A stretch of 64,000 bases of DNA from an uncultured Elusimicrobium sp. (GTDB lineage: Bacteria; Elusimicrobiota; Elusimicrobia; Elusimicrobiales; Elusimicrobiaceae): positions 4,856 through 68,855 of the forward strand of contig CAMZDW010000003.1 of the NCBI GenBank assembly GCA_947305555.1, read 5' to 3'. Made by a program: the position numbers and the translations under genes. Under the pieces are notes generated by a model that was not told where the DNA came from, did no database searches, and saw only the letters and a program-made list of their open reading frames with translations. This document shows, piece after piece, positions 9,079-19,112 of the stretch. Position 1 is the stretch's first letter. Every line of letters starts with the position of its first letter.

Positions 9079-9630
9079 ATGGATATTAAGATTACCGCTA
9101 AAAACATTAAATTAACACCGGCTATTAAAGATTTTATTAATACCCGTGTGGGAAAAATTGAAAATTTCATTGATAACATCGTGTCTGCCCAAGTGTTGAT
9201 TTCCGTTGAAAAGAAAATCAACCAAAAAGCAGAAATCATTTTGCACACCGGCGCTAAAACTACCATCAATGCCAGCGCCGTAGAAAGCAATTTGTACAAA
9301 GCCATTGATGCCGCTGCCGTCAAAGCAGAAGCGCAGGCCAAAAAAATTAAAAACAAAGCAAAAGCCCGCAAAGTTTCCAAAAAATCGGTAAAAGCCGCGG
9401 ATGTAAACCCGTTTGCCGAAACCGTACTTTTGCCGCAAAATGACGTTAAATTTTCCGTAATTAAACAAGTGGAAGTCTCTCCCATGAACCCGGAAGATGC
9501 CGCCTATGAAATGGAACGGCTGGGTTATTCTTTCTGGATGTTCTTAGATGAAGATTCCAAACAAATCAACTTGATTTTCAAACGGTTAGACGGCACTTAC
9601 GGACTGATTAAACCCGTTCGCAGAAAATAA
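9079..9630 (+). CDS. hpf: Ribosome hibernation promoting factor, long form
   Basis: N-terminal S30AE domain (IKITAKNIKLTPAIKD) and C-terminal PM..EDA..EM..LG..F..F domain. SD GGAGG before ATG 9079. Confidence 0.9.
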   Translation: MDIKITAKNIKLTPAIKDFINTRVGKIENFIDNIVSAQVLISVEKKINQKAEIILHTGAKTTINASAVESNLYKAIDAAAVKAEAQAKKIKNKAKARKVSKKSVKAADVNPFAETVLLPQNDVKFSVIKQVEVSPMNPEDAAYEMERLGYSFWMFLDEDSKQINLIFKRLDGTYGLIKPVRRK

Positions 9631-9652
9631 GTTGTATGCAAAAAGGACGGCC

Positions 9653-10612
9653 ATGGAATTTACAAAATCCATTACGGTAGCAGAACTGCTCCAGGTGAAA
9701 CAACTCAACCTGGAGCTGGTCTGCGGGAAGCGGTATATCCAACGGGAAATTACGCTGGGAAGCGTGAACCGTCCCGGGTTGGCCTTAGGCGGCCACATGG
9801 ACAATTTCCGCGCCAAAGCCGTCCAAGTATTTGGCCGGGCCGAACAGGCCTTTTGCCAAAAAGAAAACAAAACCCGTCTGCGGGCGAATCTTTCCAAAAT
9901 GCTTACCGAATTTGATGTGCCTTGCGTAATTATGGCCGCAGACATGGACCCTTTACCTGCCGTTAAAAAAACCTGCTTGGCTTCGGATGTGCCTGTTTTA
10001 AAAACGAGCATGGAAACTTCTGCTTTTTCCGCCGAATTTTCCCGCTTTTTGGATGAAAAATTAGCCCCCATTACGCACGTGCATGGCGTGTTGGTAGATG
10101 TAAACGGGGTAGGTGTGCTCATTCGCGGAGAATCCGGAATCGGCAAAAGCGAATGCGCCTTAGAACTTATCAAACGCGGACATATTTTTGTGGCAGATGA
10201 TGTAGTAGAAATTCAAAAAAGCCGCGGGCGCTATCTGTTGGGTTCTTGTCCAACCATGCTCAAGCATTATATGGAAGTACGCGGACTCGGTATTTTAGAC
10301 GTACCTTTGTTATTTGGAGTAGGAGCCACACTGGATGAAACTAAAATTGATATGGAAGTAGTGTTAACCTCTCCGTCAAAGGCACCGCTGGATCGCTTAG
10401 GTGTGGAACAAAAAACGTCCGATATATTGGGGGTGGAAATCCCCTCCCTTGTACTTCCCGTAACTCCGGGACGAAATTTAGCTATTTTAATTGAAGTGGC
10501 TTCGATGAACCAGCAACTTAAAAGCCAAGGTATTTTTTCAGCAAAAGAATTTAGTCAAAAAATTTTAGATAAAATGAAAAAAGGGAACGATAAGAAAAAT
10601 GCAACCAGATAA
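9653..10612 (+). CDS. hprK: HPr(Ser) kinase/phosphorylase
   Basis: [15 protein letters not shown], Walker [26 protein letters not shown]. Confidence 0.95.
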   Translation: MEFTKSITVAELLQVKQLNLELVCGKRYIQREITLGSVNRPGLALGGHMDNFRAKAVQVFGRAEQAFCQKENKTRLRANLSKMLTEFDVPCVIMAADMDPLPAVKKTCLASDVPVLKTSMETSAFSAEFSRFLDEKLAPITHVHGVLVDVNGVGVLIRGESGIGKSECALELIKRGHIFVADDVVEIQKSRGRYLLGSCPTMLKHYMEVRGLGILDVPLLFGVGATLDETKIDMEVVLTSPSKAPLDRLGVEQKTSDILGVEIPSLVLPVTPGRNLAILIEVASMNQQLKSQGIFSAKEFSQKILDKMKKGNDKKNATR

Positions 10613-11456
10613 ACGGCGTATTTTTATTATTACAGGATTAAGCGGAGCCGGCAAATCACAGGCTTTAAAAATGTTCGGCGACCTCGGGTTTTATTGCGTG
10701 GACAATTTACCTTTGGCCCTTTTTGAGAACTTTATCAAATACGTGCATGAAAACGAAGCCATCCGCGATATTGCCCTCGGTATTGATGTACGTGAAGGGG
10801 ACCGCCTACGTGAAATGCCCGAACTACTTTCTTCCCTGGCAAAAGATGATTTTTCCGTAAAAGTGATTTTTTTAGATGCAAGTGAAGAATGTTTAATCCG
10901 TCGATTTTCAGAAACCAAACATAAACATCCGATTCATAAAAAACTAGTTGCCGCCATCGAACATGAACGCGAAGTGATGGCCCCCATTCGTTCACTGGCC
11001 GATAAAGTGATTGATACCAGTGATTTAAAATTAGGGGAACTTAAAGAAAAACTTTCTTCCTTGATCAAATTAAAACGGGCCGGGGATATGCAAATTTCCG
11101 TAATGTCTTTTGGGTTTAAGTATGGTATTCCCAAAGATTGTGATATCGTTATGGACGTACGCTTTTTACCCAATCCGTACTACGTCAAGGGTTTGAAAGA
11201 AAAAACAGGGCTTGATAAACCCGTGCAAGATTATATTATGTCGTTCCCGGACGCACCAGAATTTGCGACCCGGTTCGCCGATTTGATTAAATACTTGATT
11301 CCCAAATATATTACCGAGGGGAAAAGTTATTTAACCATTGCCATGGGATGTACCGGCGGTAAACACCGAAGTGTGTTTATGGCACATCAGCTGGCTGCTT
11401 ATTTAAACAAACTGGGGCTAAGCGCTTCAGAATTTCATAGGGATATAGGGATTTAA
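10599..11456 (+). CDS. rapZ: RNase adapter RapZ/YvcJ P-loop protein
   Basis: [37 protein letters not shown]. Confidence 0.95.
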   Translation: MQPDKRRIFIITGLSGAGKSQALKMFGDLGFYCVDNLPLALFENFIKYVHENEAIRDIALGIDVREGDRLREMPELLSSLAKDDFSVKVIFLDASEECLIRRFSETKHKHPIHKKLVAAIEHEREVMAPIRSLADKVIDTSDLKLGELKEKLSSLIKLKRAGDMQISVMSFGFKYGIPKDCDIVMDVRFLPNPYYVKGLKEKTGLDKPVQDYIMSFPDAPEFATRFADLIKYLIPKYITEGKSYLTIAMGCTGGKHRSVFMAHQLAAYLNKLGLSASEFHRDIGI

Positions 11457-11457
11457 T

Positions 11458-11865
11458 ATGGTAAAAATCATTTTAGTAACACATGGAAATTTAGCACAAG
11501 AAATGTTAAATACGGCTGCCCAAATTATTGGGAAACCGGCTGATGACGGCTTTGCGGTTTTTTCAGTTACGGCGGCAGCTTCCGTGGAAAAGGAAGCCCA
11601 AAAACTTCAAAAAGAACTGGCAGCTTGTCCTAACGGCGCTGTCATTCTAACCGATATTTTCGGCGGTAGCGCAACCAATATTTCGTTAACTGCCAGTAAA
11701 GACTTAGCAAACTGTTACGTAATTACAGGGCTCAACTTAAGCATGCTTTTGACTGCAATTAATAGTCGCAAAAAATTAACCGCCAAAGAACTGGCAGAAA
11801 AAATCGAACCCGATGGCAAACGTGCCGTAATTAACGCCACGGAGTTGTTAATTAAAGGAATCTAA
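11458..11865 (+). CDS. PTS mannose-family EIIA
   Basis: VTHG (phospho-His), TDIFGGS, GLNLSML. Confidence 0.88.
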   Translation: MVKIILVTHGNLAQEMLNTAAQIIGKPADDGFAVFSVTAAASVEKEAQKLQKELAACPNGAVILTDIFGGSATNISLTASKDLANCYVITGLNLSMLLTAINSRKKLTAKELAEKIEPDGKRAVINATELLIKGI

Positions 11866-12332
11866 TGCCCATTATTTTCGCACGTGTAGACGACCGGCTC
11901 ATCCACGGCCAAGTAGTACAAGCCTGGTTGCCGGAATTAAACGCAGATGAAGTTTTGATTTCTTGCCCGAAAGGAAAAACGGGGGAACTCAATGAGGGCC
12001 TTTTGCGTTTAAGTCTGCCCTACGAATATGAGCTTTCTATTTTAGATGCTCCTTCCGCAGTACGTTATGCTGCCTCTTCCAAAAAGCGTATTTTCTTACT
12101 TTTAGAATCGTTAGAAGCCTTTGCCGATTTGGTAAAAGAAGGTTTACAAATAAAATCGGTCAATATCGGAGGCATGCATTTTAAAGAAAACGCCCAGAAA
12201 CTTGCCGAACATGTTTTTTTAGATAAGCAGGATAAACATTGGCTTAAACTAATTCGAGATTTGGGGATTTCTGTGGAAACACGGGCCGTACCGAACGGCG
12301 TTTCCATCTCTATTAACGAGGTCCTGTTATGA
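11865..12332 (+). CDS. PTS mannose-family EIIB
   Basis: RVDDRLIHGQV and VNIGGM. Confidence 0.9.
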   Translation: MPIIFARVDDRLIHGQVVQAWLPELNADEVLISCPKGKTGELNEGLLRLSLPYEYELSILDAPSAVRYAASSKKRIFLLLESLEAFADLVKEGLQIKSVNIGGMHFKENAQKLAEHVFLDKQDKHWLKLIRDLGISVETRAVPNGVSISINEVLL

Positions 12333-12934
12333 CCCCTGCCATTTTCGCCCTTTGCTTATTAGCGGCGTTTCTTGAATTAGATACTACCTATGCAGGGCAA
12401 CTTACGTTTTCGCGCGGTATTATTGCTGCACCTATCTTCTCTCTTATTACGGGAGACACCATGGCCGGCATTCAAGTCGGCGTGTTTACCGAACTCTTAT
12501 TTGCCGACGTCAATCCGTTGGGGGGCATTTTGCCACCTAGCGCGGTGGTCTGCTCTCTGGTCACTTTGGCTTTACATACGTTGGGAATTGAGTTATATAT
12601 CACCTTTATTTTTGGAGTAATTGCCGCCCTTTTATTTGCCATTATCGAAAAATACCGCCGAAAAAGCCGATTCCGTTGGTTAATTTATTGGGAACAAAAA
12701 ATTACCCAAAAACCTACGACCATTTATCAGGCAATCAGCATGTCGCTGCTAACCTCCTTTTTAATTAATTTTCTGTTATTGTTTCTTTTCATTTGGTTGG
12801 GGAGTTACCTAGCTGTGTGGATATCCTCCCATTTACCTAGCCAGGCGCAAATTGCTTGTAATTTCGCCTATATGGCTGTTCCCTGGATTGGGCTGGCAGC
12901 TTTGGTCCCTGAATTCCGGTTAAAAACGAGGTAA
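12329..12934 (+). CDS. PTS mannose-family EIIC-like membrane subunit (short, divergent)
   Basis: LD...GQ..FSR.I...P and E.L....P.GG..PP patterns; hydrophobic; operon position. Confidence 0.75.
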   Translation: MTPAIFALCLLAAFLELDTTYAGQLTFSRGIIAAPIFSLITGDTMAGIQVGVFTELLFADVNPLGGILPPSAVVCSLVTLALHTLGIELYITFIFGVIAALLFAIIEKYRRKSRFRWLIYWEQKITQKPTTIYQAISMSLLTSFLINFLLLFLFIWLGSYLAVWISSHLPSQAQIACNFAYMAVPWIGLAALVPEFRLKTR

Positions 12935-12937
12935 CTT

Positions 12938-13759
12938 ATGAATTTCAAATTACAACTTGCCTTGTTTTTAAGATCCTTCTTTTTACAAACCGGTTGGAAT
13001 TACCGGAAATATCAAAATATAGGTTTAACGTTTGTAATGTGGCCTTTTTTGAAAAAACTATATCACAACGATCCAGATGCACTTCCTTCTGTGCTAATAC
13101 GTTATTTGCAAAATTTCAACTCTCATCCGGTGATGGCCTCCTTCTGTTTTGGGGCCCTTGCCCGGCAAGAAGAAGCGATCGCTAAAACAAAAACAGCCAA
13201 AGAAATGGAACAACAAATTATTTTATGGGCTGAAATCAAAAGGGGGCTTTCCATTACGACTGCTTCGATTGGAGATCGTCTGTTTTGGGGTACGCTCAAA
13301 CCTCTTTCTCTGTTAGCGGCTCTGTTTATTTGGCTGGTACTAGGTGTCAACTTTTTTGAAACGCAGTTGCCCCCCAATCCATCCCTGGGATACGTTTTTT
13401 CCGCCGGGATCGTAGCCTTTGTTGTATTTAATGCCATTGCTTTATTTGTCAAATGGAAAGGAATTAGCCTTAGTTATTACAACGAAGATCACCGCTGCTT
13501 TGGGCTCACTCGATTTCACTGGAATGAAACCATCTACCATGCAAAGCGTTTAGGTCTTCTATTTACTATTGGCATGATATTAATTGGGGTTTATTATTTC
13601 ATGCAAACAGCACTTGTACAAAATGTACAGTTTATGACCCGCGCCGTTTTGGTGTTATTTTTCATCAGTATTAGTTTTATTACGCGCCGCCTGCGCATTC
13701 CCAACATGTATTTGTATCTGGTGGCAGTGGCTGTATTTAATATCGTATGTTATTTATAG
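12938..13759 (+). CDS. PTS mannose-family EIID
   Basis: RSFFLQTGWNY..YQNIG, FNSHP, ASIGDRLFWGTLKP. Confidence 0.88.
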   Translation: MNFKLQLALFLRSFFLQTGWNYRKYQNIGLTFVMWPFLKKLYHNDPDALPSVLIRYLQNFNSHPVMASFCFGALARQEEAIAKTKTAKEMEQQIILWAEIKRGLSITTASIGDRLFWGTLKPLSLLAALFIWLVLGVNFFETQLPPNPSLGYVFSAGIVAFVVFNAIALFVKWKGISLSYYNEDHRCFGLTRFHWNETIYHAKRLGLLFTIGMILIGVYYFMQTALVQNVQFMTRAVLVLFFISISFITRRLRIPNMYLYLVAVAVFNIVCYL

Positions 13760-13771
13760 TGGGAGAAAGCC

Positions 13772-14041
13772 GTGATACAACAAAATTTGGAAATTAAAAA
13801 TCGTTTAGGGTTGCATGCACGACCAGCCGCCTTAATTGCACAGACGGCCGCCGGGTTTACGTGCGATATTTCGCTGGAAAAAGATGGCGTTACTGTAAAT
13901 GCAAAAAGCATTATGGGCGTCATGATGCTAGCAGCAGAACACGGTTCCAGCTTGCAATTGTCCACCAACGGGCCGGATGAAAAATCTGCCTTTGAAGCGA
14001 TTAAGGCGTTATTTGATAATAATTTTAACGAGGAATTTTAG
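13772..14041 (+). CDS. ptsH: Phosphocarrier HPr
   Basis: GLHARPAA (His15) and NAKSIMGVMML (Ser46); GTG start. Confidence 0.95.
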   Translation: MIQQNLEIKNRLGLHARPAALIAQTAAGFTCDISLEKDGVTVNAKSIMGVMMLAAEHGSSLQLSTNGPDEKSAFEAIKALFDNNFNEEF

Positions 14042-14050
14042 GAGTAGGAT

Positions 14051-15793
14051 GTGCTTGTATTAAAAGGGTTACCGGCCAGCCCCGGTATTGCAATTGGTCC
14101 GGCTGTTTTATTACCGGGAGAAGTGGTTTCTGTTTCGCGACAATATATTGGAGAAAACGAAGTAAACAGTGAATTAGAAAAAATTCACCAAGCTATCCAA
14201 AAAACTTTTGCTGAAATTTCTGCCTGTGAAGAAAAAGTTCATCAAGAACTTGGGGCAGAGTACGCAAACTTAATGGGAACGCACAAGCTCATCTTGCAAG
14301 ATCCCATGTTACAATCCTCTTTAACGCACAAAATCCAGCACGAATTTTTATCCGCGCAAGCCGCTTTATTTTTAACATTGCAAGAATTAGCCGCCCCTTT
14401 TGACAAGATAGAGGATCCTTTTTTTAAAGAACGCCGCAACGATATTTTCGACGTCGGTAAGCGTTTAGCCACTAATTTAAGCGGAGATAAACAACACTTT
14501 TTAGCCTCTATCAAAAAATCTTCGCTACTAGTGGCACATAATTTGTATCCTTCAGATACGATTCATCTGCAAGCCAACAAAATTATTGGCTTCTGTACTG
14601 ACGTAGGCGGAAAGACAAGCCACACCGCGCTTTTAGCACAAAGTCTCAAAATACCGGCAGTCGTTGGGTTAGGAACCGCTTCTAAGGATGTTCACGCCGG
14701 GGACACATTGATTATTGACGGCGAGAATGGTCTTCTTGTCATCAATCCGGATCGTTATACCCTGTCTAATTATCGCAAAATACAGCGCGAGCTCAAAAAG
14801 ACAGAAGCATTATTAAAAACCATCAATCATTTGCCGGTTATTACGCAAGATGGGCACCCTGTGAAATTGTTCGTGAATTATGATCCGCGCACGGATAATA
14901 AGGACAACAAGCGATTAATTACCGACGGACTAGGCTTGCTGCGCACTGAGTTTATTTTTATGAATACCCCCAAACCGCCTACCGAAGATGAGCAATATCA
15001 AGTTTACCTCGCGGTTGCCAAGCGATTTGACATGCGCCCGGCGACAATTCGTTTAGCTGATTTGGGAGGAGATAAAATCCCGGATTTTCACCTAGATGAA
15101 CTGGCACAGGACGATAACCCCTTTATGGGTTGCCGCGGCATCCGGTTATTTTTAAAAAACCCCGAGCTATTACATACACAGCTGCGCGCCATTGTACGTA
15201 CTGCTTGCGAAGTCCCGGCGCAGGTCCGTATTATGATTCCAATGGTATCTTCGGTAGAAGAAGTGCGCCATGTCCGCGTAGCGTTTGACCAAGTATTACA
15301 AGAATTTGCCCAAGCCGGGAAACATCCCGTTAATAAAATTGCGCTCGGGGCAATGATTGAGGTCCCCTCTGCCGCACTTGCCTTGGATGGGATGATCGGC
15401 GAACTAGATTTTGTTTCCATCGGAACGAACGACTTGATACAATATTTAGTAGCGGTAGATCGTGTCAACCAGGAAGTAGCACACATGTACGACCCATGCC
15501 ATCCGGCGGTAGCTCGTACGTTAAACTTAATTATCCAAACCGCCCACAAGCGCGGTAAGAAGGTAACGATCTGTGGGGAATTAGCTTCCGACAGTAAAAT
15601 GCTACCCTTGTTATTAGGTTTAGAAGTAGATGGCCTTTCTGTGACGCCACGCATGTATTTGCGCGTAAAGAACAATATCCGCCACAGCAATTTTGAACAT
15701 TGTGCAGATTTAGCCCAGGCTGCTTTGCTTATGAGCAGTTCCGACGAAATCCGTAATTTAATAGAGCAGAACGACGAACATGAAAATCCGTAA
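14051..15793 (+). CDS. ptsI: PTS enzyme I
   Basis: GGKTSHTA, GLLRTEF, DLGGDK, NPFMGCRGIR, SIGTNDL, ICGE. Confidence 0.95.
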   Translation: MLVLKGLPASPGIAIGPAVLLPGEVVSVSRQYIGENEVNSELEKIHQAIQKTFAEISACEEKVHQELGAEYANLMGTHKLILQDPMLQSSLTHKIQHEFLSAQAALFLTLQELAAPFDKIEDPFFKERRNDIFDVGKRLATNLSGDKQHFLASIKKSSLLVAHNLYPSDTIHLQANKIIGFCTDVGGKTSHTALLAQSLKIPAVVGLGTASKDVHAGDTLIIDGENGLLVINPDRYTLSNYRKIQRELKKTEALLKTINHLPVITQDGHPVKLFVNYDPRTDNKDNKRLITDGLGLLRTEFIFMNTPKPPTEDEQYQVYLAVAKRFDMRPATIRLADLGGDKIPDFHLDELAQDDNPFMGCRGIRLFLKNPELLHTQLRAIVRTACEVPAQVRIMIPMVSSVEEVRHVRVAFDQVLQEFAQAGKHPVNKIALGAMIEVPSAALALDGMIGELDFVSIGTNDLIQYLVAVDRVNQEVAHMYDPCHPAVARTLNLIIQTAHKRGKKVTICGELASDSKMLPLLLGLEVDGLSVTPRMYLRVKNNIRHSNFEHCADLAQAALLMSSSDEIRNLIEQNDEHENP

Positions 15794-17609
15794 TTTTTCC
15801 ATTGTAGCCCACATCGATCACGGCAAGACCACGCTTTCGGACCGTATTTTAGAAGATACCGGCACTGTACCGAAACGCAAAATGCAGGCCCAACTTTTAG
15901 ATGGGATGGACCTGGAGCGTGAACGTGGGATTACTATTAAAGCTAAAGCGGTACGTATCCAGTACAAAGATTATATTTTGAACTTAATTGATACTCCCGG
16001 ACACGTAGATTTTTCTTACGAAGTGGCTCGTTCGTTACGTGCTTGCGAAGGAGTTCTGCTGCTGGTGGATGCCTCTCAAGGTGTGGAAGCGCAAACAGTA
16101 GCCCATGCACATTTAGCGCAAAGTTTAGGGCTTAAAATTATCCCCGTTATGAATAAGGTGGATTTATCCCAATCTGATGCTGATGCCTCTGAGGAACAAT
16201 TGTGGGATATTTTACACGAACCGATTGAAGCCGAACGCGTCAGCGCCAAAACAGGCATGGGGATTGAACATCTTTTAGACCGCATTATTGAGGACATTCC
16301 CCAACCGCAAGGTGATCCTGCGGCTCCCTTGCGCGCCCTTATTTTTGATTCTTATTACGACCCTTTCCGCGGCGTTATCATGTACATTCGCTTAGTGGAT
16401 GGTTCCATCAAGCCAGGGCAAACCATTCAATTTATGTCCTCCGGGGCTTCATATAAGACCGAAGAAATCGGTTTTATGACCCCCAAGCAATTACACAAAA
16501 GTGAACAGTTATCGGCAGGAGAAGTAGGCTATTTAGTTGCCGGGATTAAAGATATTCATCAAGTAAAAGTGGGCGATACGGTTACGTTGGCCGAACGCCC
16601 GGCGGCGGAACCGCTGCCCGGATATGCAGATGCAAAACCGGTTGTGTTTGCCAGTATTTTCCCGGTGGAAACTACGGACTTTCCGCTTTTGAGAAAAGCA
16701 CTTGAAAAACTGAATTTGTCCGATTCCTCTTTCCATTACCAAAGTGAAACTTCCAAAGCCTTGGGCTTTGGTTTCCGATTGGGATTTATGGGAATTTTGC
16801 ATATCGAAATTGTGAAAGAGCGTTTGGAACGCGAGTTTAATCTTTCGCTTATTGCCACCAGTCCCAACGTTGTATACCATGTAAAATTTACTTCTCGCAA
16901 ATCGCATCCGCAGGAACTGGCCGCTCTGCCGGATGCACCGGATGATCCCGGCTATAAAATCATTGATAACCCGGCCAATTTTCCACCGCACGGCGATATT
17001 ATTGATATCAAGGAACCGGTTATTCATATTACGATTGTAACTCCCGTGGAATTTATGGACGGGGTCATGACCCTGTTAAAAGAAAAACGTGGCACGTTCT
17101 TGAACATGGACCATTTATCTAACCAACGTGTAATTATCAAATACGAAATGCCGATGGGCGAAATGGTCATTGATTTCTATAACAAATTAAAATCCGTGTC
17201 TAAGGGGTATGCCTCCTTTGATTATGAAGTAGCGGGTTTTCGCAGTTCGGACGTAGTGCTGATGGAAATTTTACTACACGGTTCACCGGTGGATGCCTTA
17301 TCTGTCGTTGTACATAAAGATAAAGCACAAACCATGGGCCGCGCGTTATGTGCCAAACTAAAAGAGCTCATTGGCCGCCAACAATTTGAAGTAGCCGTGC
17401 AGGCCGCGGTGAACGGCAAAGTAATTGCACGCGAAACGATTCCGGCTTTCCGTAAAGACGTAATCGCAAAATGTTACGGCGGCGATATTACACGCAAACG
17501 CAAACTTCTGGAAAAACAAAAAGAAGGAAAAAAACGCATGAAATCCATCGGCAGTTTGAACATTCCGCAAGAAGCATTTGTGGCCATGCTGAAAATTGAC
17601 GAGGAGTAA
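15780..17609 (+). CDS. lepA: Elongation factor 4
   Basis: IRNFSIVAHIDHGKTTL, ERERGITIK, DTPGH, KCYGGDITRKRKLLEKQK. Confidence 0.97.
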   Translation: MKIRNFSIVAHIDHGKTTLSDRILEDTGTVPKRKMQAQLLDGMDLERERGITIKAKAVRIQYKDYILNLIDTPGHVDFSYEVARSLRACEGVLLLVDASQGVEAQTVAHAHLAQSLGLKIIPVMNKVDLSQSDADASEEQLWDILHEPIEAERVSAKTGMGIEHLLDRIIEDIPQPQGDPAAPLRALIFDSYYDPFRGVIMYIRLVDGSIKPGQTIQFMSSGASYKTEEIGFMTPKQLHKSEQLSAGEVGYLVAGIKDIHQVKVGDTVTLAERPAAEPLPGYADAKPVVFASIFPVETTDFPLLRKALEKLNLSDSSFHYQSETSKALGFGFRLGFMGILHIEIVKERLEREFNLSLIATSPNVVYHVKFTSRKSHPQELAALPDAPDDPGYKIIDNPANFPPHGDIIDIKEPVIHITIVTPVEFMDGVMTLLKEKRGTFLNMDHLSNQRVIIKYEMPMGEMVIDFYNKLKSVSKGYASFDYEVAGFRSSDVVLMEILLHGSPVDALSVVVHKDKAQTMGRALCAKLKELIGRQQFEVAVQAAVNGKVIARETIPAFRKDVIAKCYGGDITRKRKLLEKQKEGKKRMKSIGSLNIPQEAFVAMLKIDEE

Positions 17610-17678
17610 CGGCCCCTCTGCTCAAGTCGTGCTTAACTTGCCACACAGACAGAATTGATGATGACTTTATTTTAATAA

Positions 17679-17776
17679 GTCATTCCAAACTTGATTTGGA
17701 ATCTTCCACGCTTACCCGTTCCAAACGGCAACAACCACAACATGCGTTGAAGATCCTGAATCAAATTCAGGATGAC
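17679..17776. repeat. REP-like palindromic doublet (GTCAT...ATGAC type)
   Basis: GTCATTCCAAACTTGATTTGGAATCT and AGATCCTGAATCAAATTCAGGATGAC are each palindromic and are inverted relative to each other. Confidence 0.7.
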
Positions 17777-17791
17777 TTTTATTCAACAATC

Positions 17792-17821
17792 AAAAAGGCT
17801 CTTTAAAATAGAGAGCCTTTT
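17792..17821. terminator. Bidirectional terminator between lepA and the convergent gene
   Basis: AAAAAGGCTCT...AGAGCCTTTT. Confidence 0.7.
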
Positions 17822-17851
17822 AAGATTTGTAACTCCACTGATATCTAGAGA

Positions 17852-18862
17852 TTAAGGCTTAAAAGCGGCTTCTATTTTTTCCGCCGTTATATCGGATGCA
17901 CAGTCACCCAGCGATGTTACCTCTCCACATACTGCGCAGGCCCACCCCAGTTGCGCCTTTCTGGGTCTATCTCCCGGATGTAGTGGTTGGTATCTACATG
18001 CTCTGTAACGTACTATATGATACAAAAACTTATCTCCTGGAGAACATTTATCATTTTTTTCTGTTACAACAGTAATTGGTGTTATCCCTACCAACTGGCC
18101 ACCGCACTTTCGCCATTCGTAAGAACCGTCGGTTTCGTAATCATAAGAAGAATCTTCCCAAGGTCCATACGCAATAGTAGACAAGTCTGATTCATAACAC
18201 ATACGAGCTCCTGGACCATCTTCGTATAATTTATTTATTTCAAAACTCGTAATACAAGTGTGCCGGGTTACCGGCTCTTCCTCTTGCGCTGATGAAGAGA
18301 CTCCCCAGCTAGAGGTTAATAACCTTTCAGTTTTGTCATCATCTCCTAGCCAACGCAAATTTCCAGGAGCTCTTCCTTCCTCTAAACTCATTTTATTCTT
18401 GCCATCTATTACAAAATCATATTCACCATCTCCTACAAGTCCTCCCCAAACTGCCGCTCCGGACACTTCCGCTCCGTTTTCTACGTACAAAGTCTCCTTT
18501 ACCTTCACATTGGAATCCGTAGCTGAATCCATGGTAACCGTGTTGGCCCACAAACCTTTCCCTGTTATATTACCCCCGGACTGAATCGTTAATGTATTCG
18601 CCGATAATTCACCCACACGTCCCGTTAATGCTGCGTTCTCTTTCAACACCACGTCTCCTAATTCCGCGTTCCCGTTTCCGCGTAATTGAATGCTTGTGTT
18701 CCCATAGATACTCGCATTCTTCGCTTTAGCCTTTGTAACGGTTTCTACCTTAGAAAAGGATCCTACCGGTGCAGACATTAATGTGACAAATTGTAATTGG
18801 TCGGCATAGACAACAGAGCACAATAAAATGCTTAATACTGTAAAGATGCTTACTTTTTTCAT
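17852..18862 (-). CDS. Secreted or surface protein with a beta-rich core and Cys-rich C-terminal domain
   Basis: Signal peptide MKKVSIF...VYA, Gly/Asn/Val-rich middle, 8 Cys in the C-terminal ~135 aa. Confidence 0.7.
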   Translation of the reverse strand: MKKVSIFTVLSILLCSVVYADQLQFVTLMSAPVGSFSKVETVTKAKAKNASIYGNTSIQLRGNGNAELGDVVLKENAALTGRVGELSANTLTIQSGGNITGKGLWANTVTMDSATDSNVKVKETLYVENGAEVSGAAVWGGLVGDGEYDFVIDGKNKMSLEEGRAPGNLRWLGDDDKTERLLTSSWGVSSSAQEEEPVTRHTCITSFEINKLYEDGPGARMCYESDLSTIAYGPWEDSSYDYETDGSYEWRKCGGQLVGITPITVVTEKNDKCSPGDKFLYHIVRYRACRYQPLHPGDRPRKAQLGWACAVCGEVTSLGDCASDITAEKIEAAFKP

Positions 18863-18983
18863 AATAGCCCTCTAGCTTTAAACAATAATTTTGAAAAATC
18901 AACCCCTTGTGCAAAGGCGGTTGTGTCCCCCATAGCGAAACATTACCGTCCGGGATACATCCCCCCTCATCCAATATAGAAAA

Positions 18984-19012
18984 ACTTTACCCAAAAAAAA
19001 ACGCTTAGTCAA
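18984..19012 (-). promoter_or_regulatory. Sigma70-type promoter with a T9 tract in the spacer
   Basis: TTGACT-aagcg-TTTTTTTTT-ggg-TAAAGT (17-nt spacer). Confidence 0.6.
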
Positions 19013-19066
19013 GCGCATTTTAAAATGAAAAGAGAAATATGAGTATCGCCTCTTCGGGAACAACAA

Positions 19067-19094
19067 AGTCCCTTGCCTTTATCGGCAAGGGACT
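19067..19094 (-). terminator. Terminator of the OMP gene
   Basis: AGTCCCTTGCC-tttatc-GGCAAGGGACT 11-bp stem followed by TTTGTTGTT on the minus strand. Confidence 0.75.
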
Positions 19095-19112
19095 CTGCAT
19101 TTCCCCCCGTAA

